Shown: piece after piece, positions 10,563-19,492 of the stretch
Layout: each line of letters starts with the position of its first letter
How positions within the stretch are numbered: the stretch's first letter is position 1
Assembly (NCBI GenBank): GCA_033764955.1
Contig: JANRIL010000010.1
Span: 1 to 64,000 of the forward strand
DNA length: 64,000 bases
Direction of reading: 5' to 3'
DNA from: Cyanobacteriota bacterium
GTDB lineage: Bacteria > Cyanobacteriota > Cyanobacteriia > Thermostichales > Thermostichaceae
The notes under the pieces: generated by a model
Told to the model about the DNA's origin: nothing
Seen by the model: only the letters and a program-made list of their open reading frames with translations
Database searches by the model: none
Program-made: the position numbers and the translations under genes

Positions 10563-10910
10563 TTAGGTCAGGCTCGCAGCTTTTAAGACTCGAAACGTGG
10601 CATCCTGCTGAGCACCCGATTTTTGGTTTCTTCCCCAGCCCACCTGCTGTCGATAGCTGCCTAAAAGCCCTTTGGCAACTAATTCTCTTTCCAGCTCATC
10701 AGGACTGATATCCACTAACGGCTCCACTTGAGGAGCGACATAAAGTGCATCAGCAGGACAATAGACTTCACACATGAAGCAGGTTTGGCAATCGCTCTGT
10801 CGAGCAATGTGGGGGATCCCGGATTGTCTGGCATCAAAAACATTTGTGGGGCATACCTGCACACAGATATTACAGCCAATACAACGGTTTGCACTGACGA
10901 GTTCAATCAC
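10563..10910 (-). CDS. 2[4Fe-4S] ferredoxin (AprB-like)
   Basis: CIGCNICVQVCP and CQTCFMCEVYCP; GTG start overlaps upstream TGA (GTGA). Confidence 0.9.
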   Translation of the reverse strand: MIELVSANRCIGCNICVQVCPTNVFDARQSGIPHIARQSDCQTCFMCEVYCPADALYVAPQVEPLVDISPDELERELVAKGLLGSYRQQVGWGRNQKSGAQQDATFRVLKAASLT

Positions 10911-12538
10911 AGAGCCTCCAGAGAATTGGCCAACTGGGTTTCCGGTTTGATCCACAGGTGATCCAGCCCTCCACTTAGCAAACGGTGCTGTTGGCTGGGA
11001 TCCTGCTCAGGGTAATCAAGGTGCTTGTGCATACCGCGACTTTCAGTGCGCTGCAAAGCACTGGCATACATCCAACGAGCTGTAGCTATCATCGCGGCCA
11101 CCTCCCGCCCCCGCCCTAAAGCAGTGGGATCAGGATTGAAGCCGTTGCGAACCTGCTGCCACAGGCTATTCAACCGTGAGAGGGAGGCAGTCAGACCCGA
11201 TTGAGTTCGAAAGTAATTGTAGTCGTAGGGAAAAACTTCTGCTTGCACCGCCTTTATCAATTCCTCCACTTGCAGATCCCGATCAATATCCTGATGGGGG
11301 CGAAGGGCGGCTCCCCCAATTGACTCAACCGCTCCATCTGGGATCCCTCTGGCTAGCGCGTAACAAGCTGCCGCCTGCCCAGCCCACTGCCCAGAGGACA
11401 TGGCCCAAGCTGCGTTATGGCTTCCTCCACCTGTAAAGCCACCACAGATGAGTTCGCGGGTGGCGGCATCTCCGGCAGCGTAGAGACCGGGGACTGAGGT
11501 TGCACACCCCTCATCCACAATGCGGATCCCTCCTGTACCCCGTACCGTTCCCTCCAACCGGAGCGTCACAGGAAAGCGCTGCCTAAATGGATCAATACCC
11601 AAGCGATCAAAAGGTAAAAAGAAATTCGGCTGAGCAGCTCGCATTGAGACTTGCAACTCAGGAGAAGCTTTATCCAACTGTGCGTAGACTGGCTGAGTCA
11701 GAAGAGTTGTGGCAATCATCGAGCGACCCCGCTGGGATCCTGCCCCTTCAATCACTCTGCCATCTTCGTAGGTGAAAGTAGCCCAGTTATAAAAAAGGGT
11801 TTTGGTGACCGAGGCAAAAGCTGGGGCAATGGCGTAGGCATTGGAGAACTCCATCCCTGACATCTCACCCCCCGCCTCTGCTGCCAGCAAATAACCATCC
11901 CCCGTTAAGACGTTACAGCCTAAGGCTTTGCTCAAAAACGCACAGCCCCCTGTAGCGATAACCACTGCACCTGAGCGAACTTGCCATCGGTGACCGGACT
12001 GACGCTGGATCCCGGCAGCCCCCACTACGGCTCCGCTTGCATCCACTATTAATTCCAGGGCTGGACTTTGATCCAAAATTGTGACTCCGGCTTTCTGAAT
12101 ACGTCGGCGCATTAGGCGCATGTACTCAGGTCCTTGCAAACTTTTACGGTAGGGTTGTGCGGCTTCATCCAAGGGGAAGGGATAGCCCCAGTCAGCAAGT
12201 TGGTTCATGGTGTCGTAGGTTTGATCCAGGACTCGCCCCATCCATCCCCGATCCGCTAACAAGCCCCCCATTTTCTCACGGCTAGCCATGGCCGCCTCCC
12301 TCGCTTCGCGGTGGGGAGCTACATACCAAACTCCTGTTCCTCCCGAAGCGGTGGCACCGCTACTACCACAGTACCCTTTGTCAACCAAGACAACAGTTGC
12401 CCCACCCACAGCGGCTCTCCAACCAGCCCAGGTTCCGGCTGGGCCACCCCCCAAAACCAAGACATCAGCTTTCAGTTCCAATACCTCTGAGGCTCCCCCC
12501 AAGGGAGGAGAGTGTTTAGCTCGCATCATGAAACCCAT
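10907..12538 (-). CDS. FAD-dependent oxidoreductase, succinate dehydrogenase/fumarate reductase/APS reductase flavoprotein superfamily
   Basis: VLVLGGGPAG, VVIATGG, TGDGY, GLYAAGD, RTESRGMH. Confidence 0.88.
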   Translation of the reverse strand: MGFMMRAKHSPPLGGASEVLELKADVLVLGGGPAGTWAGWRAAVGGATVVLVDKGYCGSSGATASGGTGVWYVAPHREAREAAMASREKMGGLLADRGWMGRVLDQTYDTMNQLADWGYPFPLDEAAQPYRKSLQGPEYMRLMRRRIQKAGVTILDQSPALELIVDASGAVVGAAGIQRQSGHRWQVRSGAVVIATGGCAFLSKALGCNVLTGDGYLLAAEAGGEMSGMEFSNAYAIAPAFASVTKTLFYNWATFTYEDGRVIEGAGSQRGRSMIATTLLTQPVYAQLDKASPELQVSMRAAQPNFFLPFDRLGIDPFRQRFPVTLRLEGTVRGTGGIRIVDEGCATSVPGLYAAGDAATRELICGGFTGGGSHNAAWAMSSGQWAGQAAACYALARGIPDGAVESIGGAALRPHQDIDRDLQVEELIKAVQAEVFPYDYNYFRTQSGLTASLSRLNSLWQQVRNGFNPDPTALGRGREVAAMIATARWMYASALQRTESRGMHKHLDYPEQDPSQQHRLLSGGLDHLWIKPETQLANSLEAL

Positions 12539-12608
12539 CCTTGCTCAAACGAACAGCGTTAACGGGATGGAACCTTCCCATGATGAGGTCCAATTGCCCT
12601 GTCAGGAG

Positions 12609-12681
12609 AATCTACGAAAATCCGATTGGATTACTGGTGTTAATCAATCCTGATTTTATCAGCTTCTCATTCGGAATGCAA
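12609..12681 (-). promoter_or_regulatory. Sigma70-type promoter (TTGCAT-N17-TAAAAT) with downstream copy of the putative sulfur operator
   Basis: Minus strand 12681-12653 reads TTGCAT TCCGAATGAGAAGCTGA TAAAAT; motif AATCTACGAAAATCCGATTGGATTACTGGTGTT at 12609-12641. Confidence 0.55.
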
Positions 12682-12790
12682 CCGTATTGAGATTCACTTC
12701 TGTTTGACTTGCAGTTGCTATAGACTTCCGATTTTCTGCTTCATCACTTCTAGGAAGTTTTCGTTTTGCCCAGCTTATCTAAGAGGCTCT

Positions 12791-14707
12791 CTAAGGAGTG
12801 AGGCTTTCATTCGTGGTGAAGGTATCTAAGATCAGCCAGTTAGCGGCGATCCCATCGTTAGCTCCGGCTTCCAGAAGCGTTGCAAAGCGGCCATCGATCA
12901 CAACCAAAGCTGATGGCCCCAGCACGGTAGCTCCGTTGGAGGTGATTTCAATGGCGGCTTCTCGCTCTAGCCCAAAGGAAACGGTATCAGCATGTTGATA
13001 GACCACACTCACCTGCCGCCCATAGCGGTAGTCATAAAAGGTACGGGGTTCAAAACTGGCTCCGGGTACTAGTCCTAAGCCCGCTTCTACAAAGGGATAA
13101 CTGGCCAGATAGGCTGGACTAGCCTGATCTTCTTTAGCAATCGTGTCATCGGCGGGAGCGGCTTCGGAGGTCATCCAACTTCCCACGGTAGCGGCGGCAG
13201 CATTATCAAATAACAGAACCGTGCCTGCCTGGTTAAGTTGATCGAGGTTGAGACTAGCCAATTCGTCCACTAGATCGGCGGCTAGAGGCTGATCCTCTCC
13301 CGTGATTAGAACGGCTCCTGCTCGACTTAGGCGGGAAGACAAGAGAGCCATATCCGTACGACTGCTGAGAACAGCCGTTTTGACTTCCAAGCCCGCCCCC
13401 CGTAGAGCTTTGGCAATCAACAGAACCTCTTCGTTGATTAGGCGGCTTTCTCCCAAGCTGATCACATAGGTCGTTTTATCGGTAGCCAGCGCCAGATTTT
13501 TGAAACGTTCCAGAACACTGCCAGGAGCAAAGGCATCCCCAATCGGGATCCGCACTTCCGCCCGACCATAATCCAACAGATCTCCGGCAATCAGCACAGG
13601 CGCGGATCCCTGGGGGCGGGTGAGAAAATCAAAATTCCGACCACTCAAATCGGGCACACTGCCATCCACACTGCCGTTGAAGCTGGGGCGTTGAGACTCC
13701 AAGTCATAGCCATATCCCCCTTCTGGCAGGATGTGTAACCCGACATTGCGAATTGATAAGGAGGCACGGGATCCCCGATATTGGGCTGAGGCTGCCGATC
13801 CATAGGTCTCTTGATCGATGATGAAGGCGCTGGTGTATCCCTTGGTTTCGGTAATCAAGGTCTCATCCTCAATCAATACCCCAGTGCGCCAATCCGGACC
13901 CAGACCAATCTTGGCAAGGGGGGCACGCTGCACCGCTTGCAGGGAACGAATTAACCGTCCCCGTTGCAAAGCATGTTGTTCGATGATGGCGTTTTCTAGT
14001 CCAAAGGCCAACCCCCGTGTCACAGTTTGGATCCCACCATAGGCCAGATCCACGCTGCCAAACTCTAAGCCGTCCCAGGCAAAGTTATCCCCGATATAGC
14101 CGGCGATCATATAACGACTTTGGATGGCGGCTCCGGCGCTCCCTCCGCCAAAAGGTTTGGCTTGCTGATAGAGCGAAGAGAGGGCGACTTCGAGGGGAGT
14201 ATTGGCCATAATCTCCATCGCAATCACCTGATCTCCCCCCAGGGAATAGACACCATCCACACTGCTGTCATACTCCGCCACTTTGGCTAGATCCTGAGCA
14301 TCACTGCGAATCTGGATATCAGGAATGGTGGTGTTGCAGGTGAGTGGCGCTGAGATCAGACTTTCACAGACGGCTTGTAGTTGGTCGGCGCGGACTTGGG
14401 CATCTTCTAGATTGATCTGACGTTCCTCTTCGCTGATCGCGGTGGAGTTAGTGGAAAAAGTGGGCAGCAAAACCCGCAATTCCACCACGTCATCCGTATT
14501 GCGTTGAACCGCTTGCTCAGCAAATAACTCCAGGGTGGGGGTTTGATAGTCGGCTCCAATCGGGATCAGTTTGCGAACGGCATCAACGGATAATTCCACA
14601 GTCTCAGGGTTTGGATTGAGAGCCGTATGAGGGGATCCACTGCTACAGGCGGCGGCCAAAAGGCCAACCAGCCATACTGCCAATTGGGGGAAACGAGCAC
14701 CCATCAT
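12791..14707 (-). CDS. Cyanophycinase-like (peptidase S51) two-domain lipoprotein
   Basis: Lipobox LAAAC; GGDQ, GGSAGAAIQS, IIEQHALQRGR; second degenerate S51 domain. Confidence 0.75.
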   Translation of the reverse strand: MMGARFPQLAVWLVGLLAAACSSGSPHTALNPNPETVELSVDAVRKLIPIGADYQTPTLELFAEQAVQRNTDDVVELRVLLPTFSTNSTAISEEERQINLEDAQVRADQLQAVCESLISAPLTCNTTIPDIQIRSDAQDLAKVAEYDSSVDGVYSLGGDQVIAMEIMANTPLEVALSSLYQQAKPFGGGSAGAAIQSRYMIAGYIGDNFAWDGLEFGSVDLAYGGIQTVTRGLAFGLENAIIEQHALQRGRLIRSLQAVQRAPLAKIGLGPDWRTGVLIEDETLITETKGYTSAFIIDQETYGSAASAQYRGSRASLSIRNVGLHILPEGGYGYDLESQRPSFNGSVDGSVPDLSGRNFDFLTRPQGSAPVLIAGDLLDYGRAEVRIPIGDAFAPGSVLERFKNLALATDKTTYVISLGESRLINEEVLLIAKALRGAGLEVKTAVLSSRTDMALLSSRLSRAGAVLITGEDQPLAADLVDELASLNLDQLNQAGTVLLFDNAAAATVGSWMTSEAAPADDTIAKEDQASPAYLASYPFVEAGLGLVPGASFEPRTFYDYRYGRQVSVVYQHADTVSFGLEREAAIEITSNGATVLGPSALVVIDGRFATLLEAGANDGIAANWLILDTFTTNESLTP

Positions 14708-14983
14708 GATAGATCCTGGGGATAGGATACGGTTTTTCCATAAGCTGTGGAGTTGATGGAGGTAGATCCGTCAGTAGCCCAGCCCTAGCCACTATATCGG
14801 AGGTTACTCATCCCGCCGATTCACTTCCTAAAACTTTTAGAATTGACCAGCCGATTTCGGCCCCTTTCATCAAAAGTTTGCAACCTAGGAATCCCGGAAT
14901 ACTCATTTTGGATTCTAGGGGGATTGGTTCACCATGAGGGAAAATCGAGACACCCCCAGCGCCCCTTCAGGAAGGAGCCACCC

Positions 14984-16090
14984 ATGACCGCCGGACAGAT
15001 CCTCGATTGGGGGCAAAGCCTTCAGCAGGTTTACTGGCAGATGCGCCGTTTGCTCACCCACAGTCTGCGTGCCCAAGTGGCTTTGCTGGTGGGGAGTCTC
15101 TCCTTTTTGCCCAATATTGTTTTGATCATCGCTTCCTATTGGTTAGATCCTGTCCCGGTGCCGTTACCTTCCCCCTGGCTATGGGGAATTATCATCTGGA
15201 TCCCACTTTTGGGGCTGCTATCGGCGGGCATCGGCTATGGATCCTCCTATCTAATGTTTCGTCCCCTCACCCTCCTAGCCAAAGAGCTGAGCCAAATGGA
15301 GGTGTTTTTGGATCATCCAGAACAATGGAGTTTGACCCTCAAACCGAAGGATCCCGAAGAAGCCATGATTTTACGGGGGGCGTTTTCCCATCTCTTGCAA
15401 CGGGTGCAAACGGAGCAGGCACGACGCACCGCCTTTACCGCAACCCTCATGCATGATCTCAAAACCCCACTGATTGCCTTTGGGCATCTGTTGCACACGC
15501 TGCGGGATCAGGATATGCCCCGTCCACAGCAGCAAGATCTACTCAATCAACTGTTACAGGAAAATCAACGAATTTTAGAACTAGTACAAAAAATGGTTGA
15601 AGTTCACCGCTTTGAACAGGGGGAAATCAAACTGCACCGACAACCCTCTGATCTGGGGGCATTAGCACAGGCTTTGGTGAAGCGGATGCAACCCCTTGCC
15701 CAAGAGCGGCAACTACAGTTACAGGTGCGGGGAGAAGGGTGGGCCGAGGTGGATAGCTCCGAAATCAGCCGTGCCCTCTACAATCTTTTGGATAACGGCA
15801 TTCGCTATGCCCGCCATGCCCTAGAGGTAGAAGTGACCTCCCATCAGATCAAAGTTAGCGATGATGGCCCTGGATTACCGGCGGCTCTGGAGGAGCTAGC
15901 ACAACCCTATACTGCTCAGCCGATTGAGATCGCGGGCAAACGCTACACAGCGGGATCCGGTGGTCTAGGACTGTTTATTGCCCGCCGCATCCTGGAGGCG
16001 CATGGGGGATCCCTAGCGGTGGAGAAAACCGATGCCCAAGGAACCATCTTGGTGATGGTGATCAGTCCTGCGCCCGATGGGGCATCCTAA
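14984..16090 (+). CDS. Membrane sensor histidine kinase
   Basis: Two TM helices, H-box LMHDLKTPL, NLLDNG, DDGPG, GGLGL; AAGGAG SD before ATG 14984. Confidence 0.92.
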   Translation: MTAGQILDWGQSLQQVYWQMRRLLTHSLRAQVALLVGSLSFLPNIVLIIASYWLDPVPVPLPSPWLWGIIIWIPLLGLLSAGIGYGSSYLMFRPLTLLAKELSQMEVFLDHPEQWSLTLKPKDPEEAMILRGAFSHLLQRVQTEQARRTAFTATLMHDLKTPLIAFGHLLHTLRDQDMPRPQQQDLLNQLLQENQRILELVQKMVEVHRFEQGEIKLHRQPSDLGALAQALVKRMQPLAQERQLQLQVRGEGWAEVDSSEISRALYNLLDNGIRYARHALEVEVTSHQIKVSDDGPGLPAALEELAQPYTAQPIEIAGKRYTAGSGGLGLFIARRILEAHGGSLAVEKTDAQGTILVMVISPAPDGAS

Positions 16091-16115
16091 AATTAGGATC
16101 CTAATCCGCTTTTCT

Positions 16116-16712
16116 ATGCCTGATCTGCTCCAGGTTTTGATTGCCGATGATCATCCCCTCTTTCGGTTGGGGTTGAAATATGCCCTACAAGCCCAAGCAT
16201 TTGATGTGGTGGCTGAGGCAGAAACGGGATCCCAAGCTGTTCAGCGCTGCGCTGAACATACGATAGATGTGGCGATCCTAGACGTAAAAATGCCCGAGGG
16301 GGACGGGATTGTCACCTGTCAACAACTGATCCATCAACATCCCGCTCTGGTGGTAGTGTTGTTGACCACTTTTCAAGAACCCGCCCTCATTCAGGCGGCT
16401 CGTCAAGCTGGAGCCAAGGGATTTCTCTCCAAAGACACCGATCCGGCGCTCCTGTCCCGTACCATTCGCCAGATTGTGCAACAGCCTCAGCAGGATTGGT
16501 TGCCCACGATTCAAGCTCTTCCCCACCTCACCCCCCGCGAATTGACCGTGTTACGGCTGATGATGCAAGGTCTAGCGAACAAACAAATTGCCCGCCAACT
16601 GGGGATCAGCATCGAAACTGTCAAAGAATATGCTAGCGCCGCCTACCGAAAACTGGATGTCAATGACCGCGTCACAGCTATTTTTAAGGCTCAAGAACTA
16701 GGGATCCTCTAA
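16116..16712 (+). CDS. NarL/LuxR family response regulator
   Basis: IADDHP, LDVKMP, LTPRELTVL...GLANKQIA. Confidence 0.93.
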   Translation: MPDLLQVLIADDHPLFRLGLKYALQAQAFDVVAEAETGSQAVQRCAEHTIDVAILDVKMPEGDGIVTCQQLIHQHPALVVVLLTTFQEPALIQAARQAGAKGFLSKDTDPALLSRTIRQIVQQPQQDWLPTIQALPHLTPRELTVLRLMMQGLANKQIARQLGISIETVKEYASAAYRKLDVNDRVTAIFKAQELGIL

Positions 16713-16807
16713 TTTCACGTGTTCTTAAGTTGCTGAACAGAAAGGTAAAGAGTCCACACCAAACAGCCTACCCTTTTCCTTTCATTTGGTTAATTTATTT
16801 AGCTTAC

Positions 16808-17017
16808 TCGGCGGGAAGCCCCGCACCCTAACCGATAGGGTCGGTGTCGGGATGATAGCCAGGGTCAGCGTACTCCGCACAATTTGGACTAGCCGACCAA
16901 CTTTTGCTATGGTGTTTCCAAGTGGGGTTGGGCGTCGCCTCACTATAAAACGCGAAGTCCTGAAAAGGATGGAGAAGCCCACACCGTATGTTTGCATCGG
17001 TGATGGGAGTACGTCAC
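16808..17017 (+). mobile_element. Non-autonomous IS200/IS605-family element (PATE-like), lacking tnpA and tnpB
   Basis: Two related subterminal hairpins, each preceded by GAAG (GAAGCCCCGCACC..GGTGTCGGG; GAAGCCCACACCG..CGGTGATGGG); ends in GGGAGTACGTCAC; TTAC precedes the left end. Confidence 0.75.
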
Positions 17018-17019
17018 GG

Positions 17020-17454
17020 CTAAAGCTCCAAATCTTCCTCCGTTAATGCTTCCATTAACGCCTGAATGCCCGCTTGCGCCACCTCCACATCCTGTTCTCC
17101 AGTACCGGATCCCACCCCAATTGCTCCGATCACCTCCCCTGCCCAGACAATCGGCATCCCCCCTTTCAGGTTGGTTAACTGACCTTCGGTAACCAAACCC
17201 AGTTTCAGTTCCAGTTCGGCAGGGATCCCGCCACTCGCTACACGGGAGGAGGCCGCTGTCACCGCCTTTTGGGTGGAAGATAGCTGGCTGAGTAATTTTG
17301 CCCCATCCATACGGGCATAGGCCAGGAGGTGGCCAGCCCGATCCACTACGGCAATGCACTGGGGGATCCCTATCTGCGTGGCTTTGGTCATCGCCCCCTG
17401 CAAGACTATCAATGCCCCTTGACAGGACAACTCCCGCGTTTGACGAACATACAT
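17020..17454 (-). CDS. GlcG/HbpS family heme-binding protein
   Basis: IAVVDRAGHL, RMDGA, KAVTA, GGMPI, GAIGVGSG...QD. Confidence 0.88.
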   Translation of the reverse strand: MYVRQTRELSCQGALIVLQGAMTKATQIGIPQCIAVVDRAGHLLAYARMDGAKLLSQLSSTQKAVTAASSRVASGGIPAELELKLGLVTEGQLTNLKGGMPIVWAGEVIGAIGVGSGTGEQDVEVAQAGIQALMEALTEEDLEL

Positions 17455-17459
17455 AGGCT

Positions 17460-18629
17460 TTACTCCTCCATCTGGACAATGGCGGCGATCAGGTTACTGC
17501 CGGGGGATCCCTGGTGCTCAGCTCCCGCCGAAGCTAGGATCAGCGGATCCCCAACCACTGAGGCGACAATCGCATGGGCGACCGCCTTCGCCTGAATGCC
17601 AGCATAGCCCGCCAAAAAATCGCTGTGAATGGTGTGGCGGCGACCACGCACCTGGCTAACTGCATCAGCCCCACAGTTGATCAATACCTGGGTAATGCGA
17701 GCCTGTTGAGCCGTGGTCAGGGGGGGAGCAAGCCCAGCCGTAGTCAGTGCCTCATGGATCCCGGAGAGATCCAGTTGATCTTGCATTACTCCACTGCCAA
17801 TTTGGTAGCGGCTGACAGAAGTAGTGGAATTACCCAGCACCAAAACGCGGCAGGCGGATTGCTCCCCCCCGGCAGAAACCGATCCTTTGCGGGTGAAAAG
17901 AGTGGGATCCTGATTGATCACCGCCTGATGGATCTGACTGGCTTCCACCTCCTGCAACGCAACCGCAACTCCCAGAGCAGAAGCCGCTTTGCTAAAGGAG
18001 GAGGCTTGCGTCAGGTTGCGGCTAACTACGGATACGGAACGAGCCGCTGCATCGGCTAAACGATCCACGGTCATAGCTGGACACTTAATTTCTACACAAT
18101 GCACATCCCCCAACTCGGCAATCTCCGCCGCCGCTATCGCCGATTGCACCGCCGCCGCCACCAATTCCACCTGTAAAGGCGTGCCATATTCCTCCGGTAA
18201 AAGTGGGCGGGTTTGAGCAACCCCCACCGCGAGCCGCTTGGGAGGAGAGTCCGCGATGGGTCGCTGCACCCGTTTTTTTGTCCAGAGGGTGAGATGGGGG
18301 CTCATCATCCCACCACATAGCCCAATCATCATCATCGGGATCCGCTCAAACACGGCTTGGGGAGACAGGTTCAAGGCTTCCCCCAACAGCAGTTGTAGTG
18401 ATAAAGAGGCATACCCACGGGCGTAACCATCCCCCTCGGTTTGAGCCATGATGGCCACAATCTCCGCAGGGTTGAGTATGCCTAGCTGCATGAGATCCCG
18501 CACACCACTCGTATCCGCTGGGGAGGACATGGGCAGGCGAAACACCCCCACATCCCAGCACGGCTCAAAGGCTTCAGCAGTTGGCATGGATTCCCAGATG
18601 GTCAACGAATTCTGCTCGTATCCTCGCAT
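17460..18629 (-). CDS. Ring-opening amidohydrolase, cyanuric acid hydrolase (AtzD)/barbiturase family, divergent; possible start 18587
   Basis: SPADTSG, TEGDG, SPH, LPEEYG, IKCP, ASALG, SAG, VRGRRHT, AEHQG. Confidence 0.88.
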   Translation of the reverse strand: MRGYEQNSLTIWESMPTAEAFEPCWDVGVFRLPMSSPADTSGVRDLMQLGILNPAEIVAIMAQTEGDGYARGYASLSLQLLLGEALNLSPQAVFERIPMMMIGLCGGMMSPHLTLWTKKRVQRPIADSPPKRLAVGVAQTRPLLPEEYGTPLQVELVAAAVQSAIAAAEIAELGDVHCVEIKCPAMTVDRLADAAARSVSVVSRNLTQASSFSKAASALGVAVALQEVEASQIHQAVINQDPTLFTRKGSVSAGGEQSACRVLVLGNSTTSVSRYQIGSGVMQDQLDLSGIHEALTTAGLAPPLTTAQQARITQVLINCGADAVSQVRGRRHTIHSDFLAGYAGIQAKAVAHAIVASVVGDPLILASAGAEHQGSPGSNLIAAIVQMEE

Positions 18630-18692
18630 TGTCAGGCTGGCAGCACAATGTCCCCAGGGCTGAGGGGATCCCAGGGAGGCAAAGAACCCGAC

Positions 18693-19442
18693 TCAGTTCC
18701 AACGCAGAATCGGCTCTTGCAGGAGGGTTTGGCCGGCTTGCGTGACCAACAATTCGCTGGTTGTTAGCAGATAACCGACATCCCCGTTAGTGGCTAAAAA
18801 TCGATCACCAGTGGGTTCATAGTTGATTAACTCCAGACGAATGGCGCTCCCATCTTTTTTCGAGACCCCCACATAGGTATGGGGCAAATCGCCTCCACAA
18901 ATGTAGAGGCGAAAGTTCGCGGTTTCCGCATCCACAAATAGACTTTCGTTGGGGCTACAGCCAGGGATCCCGGCGGTGCTGTCGGTGTTGTTATCCCGTG
19001 TCAAATAAACCGAGGCAACTTCCTCCAAAACGGTGGTTCCATCCGGCTCTTTCACAATCAGGAGAGCGGTTTGAGTTTGGGCATTTCCCCCATCCAAAAT
19101 ATATTGATACCCACCATTTTCAAAAATCAAGTAGCGTCCCTGCCTGGGATCCTGAGCGGCGGTCAGGCGCAAACCCAAATTACCTTCATCGTTAAAACTG
19201 ACATAGAAACGGGGAAAGGCAGGATCCTTTTCGTCGCCACAAATATAAATACGAAAACTATCGGTGGCCATGAAGGTATGATGTCCACCGGTTCCCTTGC
19301 CACAGGTGATGTCCCCTTCCAGTTCGGCAGTGCCCCCGAAGCGAGTTTGCTGGGATCCCACTGTTGCGGAACTAAATAGCCAGACGGCTGAGCAGATAGC
19401 TAACCTTAGCCAGCTATGACCGATTCTCTTTTGTGTTGACAT
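18693..19442 (-). CDS. Secreted hypothetical protein with two repeated domains
   Basis: Signal peptide; repeats TDSFRIYICG and TANFRLYICG. Confidence 0.7.
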   Translation of the reverse strand: MSTQKRIGHSWLRLAICSAVWLFSSATVGSQQTRFGGTAELEGDITCGKGTGGHHTFMATDSFRIYICGDEKDPAFPRFYVSFNDEGNLGLRLTAAQDPRQGRYLIFENGGYQYILDGGNAQTQTALLIVKEPDGTTVLEEVASVYLTRDNNTDSTAGIPGCSPNESLFVDAETANFRLYICGGDLPHTYVGVSKKDGSAIRLELINYEPTGDRFLATNGDVGYLLTTSELLVTQAGQTLLQEPILRWN

Positions 19443-19492
19443 CGTGCCTCTTTAGATAGAGAGTTTTCTCCTAGCCAGTGCATTCCCCCCGA

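Noticed and set aside
16782..17046. Short ORFs across the IS605-like element
   Set aside because: No Y1 transposase HUH motif or RuvC/zinc-finger motifs; region better explained as non-coding ends
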